A DNA stretch of 25,009 bases from Octopus sinensis. Taxonomy: Eukaryota. The translations under genes were made by a program, and so were the position numbers. The stretch covers positions 1 to 25,009 of the forward strand of contig NW_021836255.1 of the NCBI RefSeq assembly GCF_006345805.1, in the 5' to 3' direction. A model generated the notes under the pieces. The model made no database searches. It saw only the letters and a program-made list of their open reading frames with translations, and was not told the origin of the DNA. The first letter of the stretch is position 1. Each line of letters begins with the position of its first letter. Shown here piece after piece: positions 12,357 to 23,149 of this stretch.

Positions 12357-12382
12357 CGCACCTCTTTGGTCTTCAGTTGTGA

Positions 12383-12412
<30 letters not shown>

Positions 12413-12414
<2 letters not shown>

Positions 12415-12538
12415 GGTTCCGGGTTCAATCCACTGCATGGCACCTTGGGCCAGTATCTTCTACTATATATATAGAAGACAAAAGCCTTGTGAGTGTATTT
12501 GGTAGACGGAAACTGAAAGAAGCGCATTGTATATATAT

Positions 12539-12581
<43 letters not shown>

Positions 12582-12717
12582 TGTATATATGTATGTATGT
12601 ATGTATTATGTATGTATGTATGTATGTATGTATGTATGTATGTATGTATGTATGTATGTATGTATGTATTATGTATGTATGTATATGTGTGTGTGTATTT
12701 AGGTAGATAGATAGACT

Positions 12718-12780
<63 letters not shown>

Positions 12781-12960
12781 CGTTTAAAGACACACATACA
12801 CACGTATATTGGTATGTTTACGTCCCCGGTTCGGCAAAAGAGACCGATACAATAAGTACTAGGCTTACAATGAATAAGCCTTGGAGTCGATTTGTTGGAC
12901 TAAAGGCGGTGCTCCAGCATGACCGCAGTCAAATGACCGAAACAAGTAAAAGAGTAAGAG
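12413..12960 (+). mobile_element. SINE family A copy, 5'-truncated, with an expanded internal microsatellite
   Basis: GGTTCAATCC B-box-like motif, TTTGGTAGACGGAAACTGAAAGAAG body and GGCGGTGCTCCAGCATG..CAGTCAAATGAC tail, matching the copies at 18317 and 20100. Confidence 0.88.
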
Positions 12961-12970
12961 AGAGAGAGAG

Positions 12971-13016
<46 letters not shown>

Positions 13017-13180
13017 TGTGTGTGTACAAATATGTACTGCATTTAAGTTCTTGGGTTTCGTGGATTGAAATAAAAAATTTTCCGGACAATGCTTCATTCT
13101 TATACATCAATGACAAAGAGCTGATACAAAAAGAAACAAATATACAATAAAGGTAAAAATAATTATTACATATAAGGGAA

Positions 13181-13515
13181 AAGGGTAAGACTCCCCTCAG
13201 TCATGAATGACCATGGGGTTGCACCTAGAAAGTTTCCGTCCGAGGTTCAAGGCTGGGCAATGTTGTTTTTTGTTGAAGACCAGCAGTTGCCCATGCATAC
13301 GCTGCTACCAATGTTATGCAAGGGAAAAGCAAAGGGGCCGATACAGCTTAGCACCAGTGACGTCACAACTCATTTCTACAGCTGAGTGAACTGGAGCAAC
13401 ATGAAATAAAGGGTCTTGCTCAAGAACACAGCACAACACAGCCCGGTCTGGGAATCAAACTCACTACCCTATGATTGTGATCCCGGCGCTCTAACCACTG
13501 AGCCATGTGCCTTCA
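13181..13515 (-). mobile_element. SINE family C (tRNA head plus Nin-DC/Deu-like central domain)
   Basis: Minus strand: TGGCTCAGTGGTTAGAGCG (A box), GAGTTTGATTCCC (B box), CTTGAGCAAGAC, CTCCAGTTCACTCAGCTGTAGAAATGAGT. The domain assignment is from recall. Confidence 0.8.
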
Positions 13516-14013
13516 TCGTTAGTAAATATGTATTAACAAACGCACATGCATTCGTGGTCAGGTGCACGTACACACTTTGATTTCTATAAGAATGAAGCAA
13601 TGTCTGTCAGTTTGCCATATCTAATCTCGAAGCCCAATGAGTAAACATGCAGTAATAAGTTGTGGGGAACAGGGTTTATTTTAACGAGATACTTCTTGAA
13701 AATCACCTGAGGAAGCACATCTGATCTGAAGGACGTAGTATACCACACCCGAGGGGCATCAATGCTACATGGATAGAAACGATTTTTGTGACCAATAAAG
13801 ATTCTCGTATATTCCATCCTCCGTATCTCTTATTAATTCCATACTCGACGAACACTGAGGAATTCCTAAGGTAGATCCAGTGACATAATGATAATACTAC
13901 AGATGTCATTAGCTGACCATAGGAAGTGAACGTGCTTCGACGGCAAACTACCAAATGTATACAATATGCTTTATTAATTACTAACTACATACACTCATAC
14001 ATGCGTATATATA

Positions 14014-14992
14014 TATATATACGATTGTATCAGCGTGACCTCACTCTCTCGTGAACAACTAGACTCATTCCTCTCTTTTGTCCAATCCTACCATCCTGAC
14101 CATGATAGTGCAACATTTCTGGCGGAATACACCAGTCCGCTCTCACTACCTCCATCCACTACAAACACACTGACACACACTATTACCTCAACTTCTCTTC
14201 CCACCCTACCCACACCAAGCTCTCCTTCCCCTATTCCCAATTCCTCCGTCTGCGCAGGTTCTGCAGTGACAACCATGACATTGAGACTCAGTCCCCTCAC
14301 CACTATTCACACTGCCCTTACCAGGGCACGATCTGTTGATCGTGCCTCTACTATTTATCCTCGCATCCGCCCCGCCGTTGCCCGTCTCCCGTTTCCTCTC
14401 ACCTACCACCCCTCCACCCTGCCCCTCCAATGTACCATTCTCCTAGCTTACCGGCGACCTTAGTCCGACCCCTCTACCTTGCACATCTTCTTCAACCTAC
14501 CCCTTCCCTCGCTCAAATGATTCCATATCCTGTGCGACCTCCTGGTCCACAGTTTCTTCCCTAAACCCATCGCCTAGCCTGGCTCGTTCTCCTGCTCCCG
14601 TCCACGTTGTCGCACGTGGCGCCATCACTCCAACACCACCATCCTCGCAGGCACCCATCATCGTTCCTATCGCATCACCGACTCCATTACCTGCACTTCT
14701 AGTAACGTCATTTACTACATCTTCTGCTCTCTCTGTCCTTTCCTGTACATCGGTTAAATGGGACGCCGCTTGGCTGACCGATTCGCGGAGCACCTCCGAG
14801 ACATCAGACTTGGCAATGACATCCCGGTCTCGCACCATCTCTACTCTACCAGTCCTTCGCTACGACATCTGTCTGTGTTCGGAGTGTTTTTGCGCAGAGG
14901 ACATCCGGACTCCTGCCTTCGTCGTGAACAGGGATTAATCTTTTGTCTTCGCTCTTTTGTACCATATGGCCTCAACTCTCCTCCTTTCTACA
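14014..14992 (+). pseudogene. Penelope-like retroelement remnant: RT C-terminus plus GIY-YIG endonuclease
   Basis: Multi-frame translation gives YIYDCIS (decayed YIDD), SREQLDSFLSFVQSYHP, LTTSIHYKHTD, PYSQFLRLRRFCSD, PFPLTYHP, CSRPRCRT, NVIYYIFCSLCPFLYIG*MGRRLADRFAEHLRDIR and REQGLIFCLRSFVPYGLN. It contains stops, frameshifts and deletions. A CA-rich 3' region runs to ~15480. Confidence 0.9.
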
Positions 14993-15623
14993 TCGGACAC
15001 CAACCACTCCTCCTCTTTTCATTTTCACTCCATACACACTAGCACTGACCACTTCTCAGTACACACCATCATCCACACACCCACACACAGTTTTCAATAG
15101 CGTCACCGCACATACCATTATATGAGCAGCCACACACACTGTTTAACTCACTACACACATCACACACCATCATGCACACTCCCACACCCACACAAGCACA
15201 TAATACCTGAACATAGGCTTTATAGACTTACATATGCAACATGCATTAACACAGGCAACATACACAGACAAAGATAACTTTTGCTCACTTATATACACCA
15301 TACACATGCACACTGTTAGGTCACAGACACCCACACACATGTGCACACACCATGTGAAAAAGCACACAGCAACTGTTACAGACAACACACACACGTTACA
15401 CACGCACATACACACATCAGAGTTGCTCGCCCCTACTTACTCACACACACTCCATCCTCACATACACCTTCTCTTGGGATCACTAGCACTTTATTATCTC
15501 CCTTTCATTCAACATATTTATATTATCTCCCTTTCTTTCAACCTCCAATGAATTTCAACATCAAGGTTAGATACCGGTTCTTTCTCTATTGGCAAAGGAA
15601 TCTTGAAATAAAACTGAATAATG

Positions 15624-15735
15624 ACATACATACATACATACATACATACATACATACATACATACATACATACATACATACATACATACATACATACATA
15701 CATACGTGCATGTATGCACACATGCATGGATACAC
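15624..15735. repeat. (TACA)n microsatellite, possibly the tail of a short LINE 3' fragment (15540-15625)
   Basis: A pure repeat directly following GAAATAAAACTGAATAATG. Confidence 0.8.
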
Positions 15736-15747
15736 ACAACCTTAAAG

Positions 15748-16118
15748 TACTTTTTGTAAGCTTGGTACTTATTCTATAGGTTTTTGTTTGTTGAACCCTA
15801 AGTTACAAGGACGTGAACAAACCAACAGCGGTCATCAAGCGGTCATCAAGCGGTCATCAAGCGATCGTGGGGATCAAAAGCAAATACAAAGTTACGCACA
15901 TATTGATTTACACATATACAGATATAAGTATAAATATAAATATATACGGGGGCTTCTCTCAGTTTCCATCTACCAAATCCACTCACAAGATTTTGGTCGG
16001 TCCGGGGCTACACAGTGGAAGACACCTGCCCAAGATGCCACGTAGTGTAACTGAACCCAGGAGAATGTGGTTGGAAAGCAAACTTCTTACCCTACAGTCA
16101 TCTAGCATTGTGCCTGCG
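15748..16118 (-). mobile_element. SINE family A copy (diverged)
   Basis: CAGTTTCCATCTACCAAATCCACTCACAAG and GAAGACACCTGCCCAAGATGCCAC match family A. Contains an internal 11-bp triplication. Confidence 0.85.
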
Positions 16119-16894
16119 TTAGAAATCACTATTACCTACCAGAGCATCTAATTTTTTCCAATTATTGTTTGTATGTACATAAAACATGATCTGATTCATA
16201 CCATTCTTCCGGAACAACGACAAAAAAATATTTTTTCCTTGTTTTGTAAACGTCAGTGAATTCAGTTTTAATCCAATGGTTATATTTGTGTTTGCATATT
16301 TAATGTAAAATATTGACAAGTAAAATAATGCGATAGGGGAAAACAAATTATGATTTGTTAATGAGTAATTAGCGATCTGTATATTTACTGAAAGTGTATA
16401 AAGGTTGAAAGCCTAATAAACTGCGGTATTCATCTTGAGAAAAGCATATAGTGTTAAAACCATATAAAAATATCAACTACAGTCGAATATCATTCAACTT
16501 TGGCGGATAAAATTATTATATCTAAATTTCTGCTTGTTAGGTTCTTCAGCAGCAAATATTCACGTCGCCTCACATCAAACAAACATCGACTAATAGCTGA
16601 TATAGTTAAACAGTGATAGAAAGGTTACTGGTGTCGCATTTAACCAGCAGACAGGAAATATTATAATCAGTTTTCAAGTAAATACAGGAGACAAATCTGA
16701 CACGTTTCGATATAATCATGGTATCACTAGCGAAGCACTGATTTCACTTCAATTATCAAAGTTGTCACGAAAGTATCACGAAGTAAGTGTACAGGTTTCT
16801 ACGTTAATTGGCGAAGGAAAACGGAATTCCTTTGAAGAGAAATTCAGACATCACTGGCTAATTGGTAAGAGATTTTTATCGTGTTGGTACTTTG

Positions 16895-17106
16895 TTGCTG
16901 TAGTTGAAATTGGTGGCGATGATAATTATGATGATGGTAATGATGAAGATGATGATGGTGGTTGCAGTAGTGGTGGTGGTGATGGAGGTGGTGGTGGTGG
17001 TGGTGGTGGTGGTGGTGGTGGTGGTTGTGGTGGTGGTGTTACTATCGTTGTTGCTGCCGCTGTAGTTGCTGCTGCTGCTGTTATTGTTGTTGCTGCTGCT
17101 GTTGTG
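16895..17106. repeat. Compound trinucleotide repeat (GAT/GGT/GCT/GTT)
   Basis: Directly visible. Confidence 0.9.
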
Positions 17107-17235
17107 CTCCAAGATAAACCGTGACTGAGCAGACTTATGACCAAAAGCTTTTAATCCCCTTCCTTTATTTATTTATTTTTGGTGGGCACTACTTAACAAA
17201 TTCTATTTTGTCCAACGTGTTCCTTCATCCCCAAT

Positions 17236-17305
17236 ATTCGAAGTGTAATTTAAGGAAGGTTTGGTTGTTATTTCTCAATGGTCAAACAGACTCATGAAAG
17301 CTGAG
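17236..17305 (+). repeat. 70-bp direct repeat, copy 1 (copy 2 at 18869-18938)
   Basis: ATTCGAAGTGTAATTTAAGG...CATGAAAGCTGAG, identical at 69 of 70 positions. Confidence 0.92.
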
Positions 17306-17599
17306 TGACCGATTCATGGTTCTTGTATGTTTTTCTGTTGATCGTTAGTTAGCTATTATATAAAAATAAAACTGTTTCACTAGAATATTTTCATTCTAAC
17401 AAGAGTTATTTCTTGTTTTTCAAGAAGCAAACCGAAGCAAAGGCCACTCTCTTCCACAATAGTTCAACATTTCTCATGGCACCAGCAGACAAAATGGAAA
17501 AGGCGTTGACCCGGAGGTTGGCGAGGGAGACGCGCTGAGACAGCCACTCTGACGCACGGGGCTCGCACTTGCAGACAGCAATCTCTGCCCCCGATAGTG

Positions 17600-17910
17600 A
17601 ATAAAACGTCGCCCTTTTCAAGCCTAGCCAGGCTCATGGGCCCGGTTTCCCGGTTTCTGTGGCGTATGTATTCCCTAGCTGAACGGGACACCAGTCCATC
17701 GCAGCGTTACTCAAGAAACAGGAAGAGCGAGTGAGAGAAAATTGTGGCGAAAGAGTACAACAGGGGTCGTTGCCACCCCCTGCCGGAGCCTCGTGGAGAA
17801 TTTAGGTGTTTTCGCTCAATAAACACACACAACGCCCGGTCTGGGAATCGAAACCGCGATCCTTCGACCGCTAGTCCGCTGCCCTAACCACTGGGCCATT
17901 GCGCCTCCAC
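17600..17910 (-). mobile_element. SINE family D (tRNA-derived, GC-rich); may extend to ~17405
   Basis: Minus strand: GGCGCAATGGCCCAGTGGTTAGGGC (A box), GGTTTCGATTCCC (B box) and CTGCGATGGACTGGTGTCCCG central motif. Confidence 0.8.
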
Positions 17911-18048
17911 CTGAGAGTGGATAGTGATTCTTATTTTTCAATAATTCTGTAAATTGATGCAATCATTGAACAGCAGCCATGCTGGGATTCCACCTCCAAG
18001 TACTTTTAGTCCATTAAATCTTCTCTAGTACTTATTATTTTTAAGTCC

Positions 18049-18260
18049 GGTAAGATGGAGAGCTGGCAGAATCGTTTGCACGCAAGGCAGATTTGAACTC
18101 AGATTCGCCCATCATTACGTTACGTTTAAATGCCGCCGAAGTCGATTTCACTTTTCATCATTTCGGGATGAAATAAATACCAGTCAAGCATTGGGGGTAG
18201 ATGTAACCGACTATCCCCTTGCCTCAAAATTTCCGACTATATGCCTGTAGTATAAAGGAG
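18049..18260 (+). mobile_element. SINE family B copy nested in an old family-A-like SINE (~17970-18290); 7-bp TSD
   Basis: GAGCTGGCAGAATCG head and GTCGATTTCACTTTTCATCATTTCGGG core; TAAGTCC duplicated at 18042-18048 and 18261-18267. Confidence 0.75.
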
Positions 18261-18316
18261 TAAGTCCTGTTCTTATTTCATCGCCTTTTCTCTCGTTTTC
18301 TCCATCTCTCTCTTTT

Positions 18317-18724
18317 TTTACTCTCTTTTACTTGTTTCAGTCATTTGACTGCGGCCATGCTGGAGCACCGCCTTTAATCGAGCAACTCGACCCCGGGACT
18401 TATTCTTTTGTAAGCCCAGTACTTATTCTATCGGTCTCTTTTGCCGAACCGCTAAGTGACGGGGACGTAAACACACCAGCATCGGTTGTCAAACAATGCT
18501 AGGGGGACAGACACAGACACACAAACATACACGCACACACATATATATATACATATATACGACGGGCTTCTTTCAGTTTCCGTCTACCAAATCCACTCAC
18601 AAGGCATTGGTCGGCCCGGGGCTATAGCAGAAGACACTTGCCCAAGATGCCACACAGTGGGACTGAACCCGGAACCATGTGGTTGGTTAGCAAGCTACTT
18701 ACCACACAGCCACTCCTGCGCCTA
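18317..18724 (-). mobile_element. SINE family A, full-length and young-looking
   Basis: Minus-strand head TAGGCGCAGGAGTGGCTGTGTGGTAAG...GGGTTCAGTCCC, internal (TA/TG)n, and tail GGCGGTGCTCCAGCATGGCCGCAGTCAAATGACTGAAACAAGTAAAAGAG. Confidence 0.92.
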
Positions 18725-18787
18725 TTTTCTTCTTACTCCTTTGCCCTTTATGTTCCTTTTTTATTTTTTTTTTCTAAGCCATCATCG

Positions 18788-18828
18788 GACTGCCTGATGA
18801 TGGCTTAGTTGGTCGAAATTTCGAAGTC
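18788..18828 (+). ncRNA. Minimal type I hammerhead-like motif (HHR-3, slightly degenerate)
   Basis: GACTGC-CTGATGA-T-GGCT(tagtt)GGTC-GAAA-TT-TC-GAAGTC. Stem I is 5/6 paired, stem II has G.U pairs, and stem III is palindromic AAATTT. Confidence 0.65.
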
Positions 18829-18868
18829 ACTCTCAATTCTAATCTTGTTAAAGAATAATAAATTTGAA

Positions 18869-18938
18869 ATTCGAAGTGTAATTTAAGGAAGGTTTGGTTG
18901 TTATTTTTCAATGGTCAAACAGACTCATGAAAGCTGAG
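18869..18938 (+). repeat. 70-bp direct repeat, copy 2
   Basis: Matches 17236-17305 with one mismatch. Confidence 0.92.
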
Positions 18939-19045
18939 CCGCTGATTCGTGGGTTTAACGTAAAATTGTTTTTTATTATTCCATAAAAACAAATATTCTT
19001 ACAAAAGAAAAACATTTTTATTTATGTGTGTGTGTGTAAGTATAA

Positions 19046-19081
<36 letters not shown>

Positions 19082-19371
19082 ATACATGTATCTATAGATC
19101 TGAAGCTATATATATCTATTATCTGTGTGTGCGTGTGTGTAAATTTAAGTCATAATATATGGATTCAAGTAATGTGGTAGTACTCATAACAAATACTCCT
19201 TAATGTATAATTCTACAAAACAGAGTATATAGTACAATACAAGAAAAAGCTACAAGGAGTGTATAAAGTCATAAATGAGAGAAATAGTTTGATGAAAATT
19301 TATTTAACAAGAAAATTCTAATACCACGACAAATTATTTCATAACTTAAAAACATAAAAACAAATTTTATA

Positions 19372-19555
19372 TTATATTTAATTATGAATAAATTACTTAT
19401 ATGTCTGCGTCAATGCAAAATGCAAAAAAGTTTTTCAAAATAATGCAGAATTTAAGCTACGTCCGTAGGTGAAAGAACGTTTTTTGTTTAATACTAAACT
19501 TCACGACGTAATGTTACAAGAACGCTAAGTCAATATTTAAGATATTATGGAAGAC

Positions 19556-19626
<71 letters not shown>

Positions 19627-20088
19627 GACTGATATAAAATGATAAGACGATTGTCTAATAAATGGAAGGGAATTTTAGTAATATAATTAAAATGTAACTT
19701 GTAGATATAATTAGTACAATAAAAATCTAGAAAATAAAAGATCGTAAAAACAAAGAAATAATATAATAATAATATTAACAACAAACTAAAGCTAAATAAA
19801 AGTAATCTTATTATTTTTTTTCTCTATATTTACGATCTTTTTATTTTCTAAATTTTTAGTAATAAATGTATCGTTTATTTTTTTTAATTACTTTTTAATT
19901 ATATTACTAAAATTCCCTTTGCGTTCTTGTAACGTTACGTCGAGAATTTAATATTTAACAAAGACTTCCATTCACCTGAGGACGTAGCTTCAAATCTGCA
20001 TCAGTTTGAAAGATTTTTTTTTTTTTCTTTTTTGCGGGATTTTGCTTTAATACAGACTTGTAAGTAATTTATATATAATCAAATATAA
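19372..20088. repeat. Long imperfect inverted repeat (foldback/MITE-like)
   Basis: Paired segments include AAGCTACGTCC (19454)/GGACGTAGCTT (19980), GTTACAAGAACGC/GCGTTCTTGTAAC and AAGGGAATTTTAGTAATATAATTAAAA/TTTTAATTATATTACTAAAATTCCCTT. Centre ~19785. Confidence 0.88.
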
Positions 20089-20099
20089 TAATATAATAA

Positions 20100-20445
20100 T
20101 AGGCGCAGGAGTGGCTGAGTGGTAAGTAGCTTGCCTACCAACCACATGGCTCTGGGTTCAGTCCCACTGCGTGGCATCTTGGGCAAGTGTCTTCTGCTAT
20201 AGCCCCGGGTCGACCAATGCCTTGTAAGTGGATTTGGTAGACGGAAACTGAAAGAAGCCTGTCGTATATATGTATATATATGTATGTGTGTGTATGTGTT
20301 TGTCCCCCTAGCATTGTTTGACAACCGATGCTGGTGCGTTTACGTCCCCGTCACTTAGCGGTTCGGCAAAAGAAACCGATAGAATAAGTACTGGGCTTAC
20401 AAAAGAATAAGTCCCGGGGTTGAGTTGCTCGATTAAAGGCGGTGC
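20100..20445 (+). mobile_element. SINE family A copy lacking the end of its 3' tail
   Basis: Close reverse-complement match to 18317-18724; stops at GGCGGTGC. Confidence 0.92.
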
Positions 20446-20864
20446 CACAAGGTTGTAAAGGAAACCCGTCGGCCATGCACGGTATCGTTATTTTAGAGAA
20501 GCCGTGGTTCAACTCTTTGATTGGAAAACACCCAATCTGCCATCTTTATGCCTCCTCTTCCAAATTTCCTTATCGATTTTTGGTAGTCTTCCAAAGATTA
20601 TGAATATTTTATTTAAATTTTTCATACAATTATGATCGTCATCTGAAACTAGAAGAGAACTGGTTCCTCTAATCTAATAAAATACTATTCTTATATGTAA
20701 CTAAGGTCTCCTTTTCTTTCTTTTTATTCGGTTCAAGAAATTGCTTTCTGCTGGAAAAGTTCTCACTTTTGTTGTTATTATTATTTTTGTTTTGTAATAC
20801 GTTTTTTATTTTTTTTTTTCAGACATGATACAAATTCTCTATTGTCTCAATAAAATTTTGAATA

Positions 20865-21045
20865 GAAAGAGAGAGAGAGAGAGAGGAAGAAAGAATGAGA
20901 GAGAGTAAGAGAGAAAATGTATGTATGTATGTATGTCTGCATGAATGTGTTTGTGTGTGTGTGAGTGTGTGTATGTGTGCGTATGTGTGTGTGTAGTTTC
21001 AAAAGCTCATCACAATGGCACACACAAGCGTACACATATATTTAT

Positions 21046-21137
<92 letters not shown>

Positions 21138-21472
21138 CTTTTTATTGTGGCCACACAGGGTTAAACACTGAATAAAAATGGACGAAATACAATGTAGAGT
21201 TTTTTCTTTTCGAGGTGGGATGGGTGGGACATACAAAGAAAAAAAAAAGCAAAAACGTTCGATCAATAGGGATCTGTGGGTTGTGTGGTGTATAAAAAAT
21301 ATAATATATATATATATATAAATAAAGTTCACAGTTTAGGTGTAGCACTGGAAAGAAAAACCTACAAAAAAGACGAAGGTCACCTCAGACAGTTCGAAAA
21401 TGAACACATGAGTAAGTCGCCTTACCTCTCGTTGTCTCTTTTGGTCACAGATTTACGCTTAAGGTAAGTAGG

Positions 21473-21569
<97 letters not shown>

Positions 21570-21579
21570 GTAGGTAGAT

Positions 21580-21614
<35 letters not shown>

Positions 21615-21670
21615 GAAGCAGACAACAGAAGGTGGGTAGGTAGGTAGGTAGCTATGTAGGTAGATATGTA
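20865..21670. repeat. Microsatellite cluster (GA, TG, GATA, GACA, GGTA)
   Basis: Visible arrays at 20865-20995, 21048-21136 and 21465-21665. Confidence 0.9.
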
Positions 21671-22035
21671 TGAGAACGGGCTAGAAAGTATTTCTATCAC
21701 TTTCTGATCACCCTGTTAGATTTATTCATGAATAGCTCGTCTCACTGCACGTGAACCGTGTCCAGCGTGTTCCCAAAATAGCTTCAGACGTTTTTCGAAA
21801 CGTTTTAATGTGGAAACATATTAAAATCATGTGCTCAGGAACAGGGGTTCAGGGGATTGCAAGCTCACCTCTTAAAATTTTTGTGGGGTGCAAAATCAAA
21901 ATTTCCACCTCTTATTTACTTTGCGCAGGTTTAGAAAACTGTGCGTAAAAAAGTGATCTGTCAAAAGTAACATGAAGTTAGGATTCTTCTCAAAGAACAA
22001 AGAACAAAAAATAATAATAATAAAAACAATAAGAC

Positions 22036-22319
22036 TTTACTCTCCTTTACATGTTTCAGTCATTTGACTGCGGCCATACTGGAGCACCGCCTTTAGTCGA
22101 ACAAATCAACCCCGGGATTTATTCTCTGTAAGCTTAGCACTTATCAGGGGTTTTTTTTGCCGAACCGCTACGTTACGGGGAGGTAAACACACCAACATCG
22201 GCTGTCAAGCGATGTTGTGGGGACGAACTCACACACAAACACACACACACACATATATGACGGGCTTCTTTCAGTTTCCATCCATCAAATCCACTCACAA
22301 GGCTTTGGTCAGCCCAAGG
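22036..22319 (-). mobile_element. SINE family A copy, 5'-truncated
   Basis: TTTCAGTCATTTGACTGCGGCCATACTGGAGCACCGCC tail plus the family A body. Confidence 0.88.
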
Positions 22320-22724
22320 ACCTGGGTTTGCATCCACTAAGCAAGTTTCATTCCCGACACAGCGATTAAAAAGATCGGTGTCGCATTCTATAAGATTAGT
22401 GTCAATAACAGATGACTGTAAACACTGCACACCTTAGGTGTATTGAGTTCTTTATTGAACTATCGCATTCTTGGATGTGCATAACTAAGACGTGTATGTG
22501 TATAGGCATGTCTGTGTACGTAGGGGTTTTCTGTGAAGATATGAATATCTGCATCTATCTCGACAACTACTATTAGAAACAATGTTCCTGCTGCTGCAGC
22601 TGGGTTGCTGTGGATAATGCTTAAATCTATGTTATACTAATGTGTTAGAGTTCTTTCTTTCAGTTTGCGACTGTACTCAGCCGGTTTTTGCCTAATTTCA
22701 TTATCTTTGTTTTCTCATCTTTTT

Positions 22725-22920
22725 TTTTGCTTGTTTAAGTCAACGGGATCGAGGCCATGCTGAGGTATCGCCTTGAAGTGTTTAGTCCAACAAAACAATC
22801 CTAGTAATTATTAAAAAAAAACTCAAAAAAGTCTGGTCTCTGTCGGTTTCTTTTGCCAAACAACTTTGTACAAGGACATGACCAAGCCAATATCTGTTGT
22901 CAAGCGATAACGAGACAAGT
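22725..22920 (-). mobile_element. Old family-A-like SINE 3' fragment
   Basis: GGCCATGCTGAGGTATCGCC, GGTTTCTTTTGCCAAAC and GTTGTCAAGCGAT resemble family A. Confidence 0.6.
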
Positions 22921-23149
22921 AGAAAACTCGCATGCGAGCGCATAAACACATGCGCACAGACATACATGCATATGTATGTATATATATATAATAGAAATAT
23001 GTTACAAAAAGAAAATAGAATCAACTCGTGGAAATGTAAGGGGAAAGTAAGAAGAAAAATAAGTGAAAAATGCACATTGGAAATCAAAAAAATAAAGGCT
23101 TTTTATGAAAGGTAGTGGTAGATATATACAATTAGATGAACAGAGGTAG

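Larger units (their letters stand above)
8773..12382 (-). mobile_element. CR1-type non-LTR retrotransposon (LINE), near full-length
   Basis: ORF1, APE and RT domains in order; short structured 3' UTR; 8-bp tandem tail (TAAATCCT x2 on the + strand, 8773-8788), as is typical of CR1. Both ends are embedded in microsatellites and no TSD is visible. Confidence 0.93.

Noticed and set aside
9092-12575. Plus-strand ORFs overlapping the LINE
   Set aside because: They are antisense shadows of LINE coding sequence with no motifs.
13584-13954. Two overlapping minus-strand ORFs in non-repetitive-looking sequence
   Set aside because: No recognisable motif or splice structure was found.
15827-15863. CRISPR-like or prokaryotic repeat array
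   Set aside because: The units are directly tandem with no spacers, in a eukaryotic context with no cas genes.
16690-16740. Minus-strand GATA..TATC-GAAACGTGTC resembling half a hammerhead
   Set aside because: There is no CUGANGA core and no stem I pairing.
16762-17144. Gly/Ala/Pro/Thr-rich ORFs
   Set aside because: They derive from trinucleotide repeats and are open on both strands.
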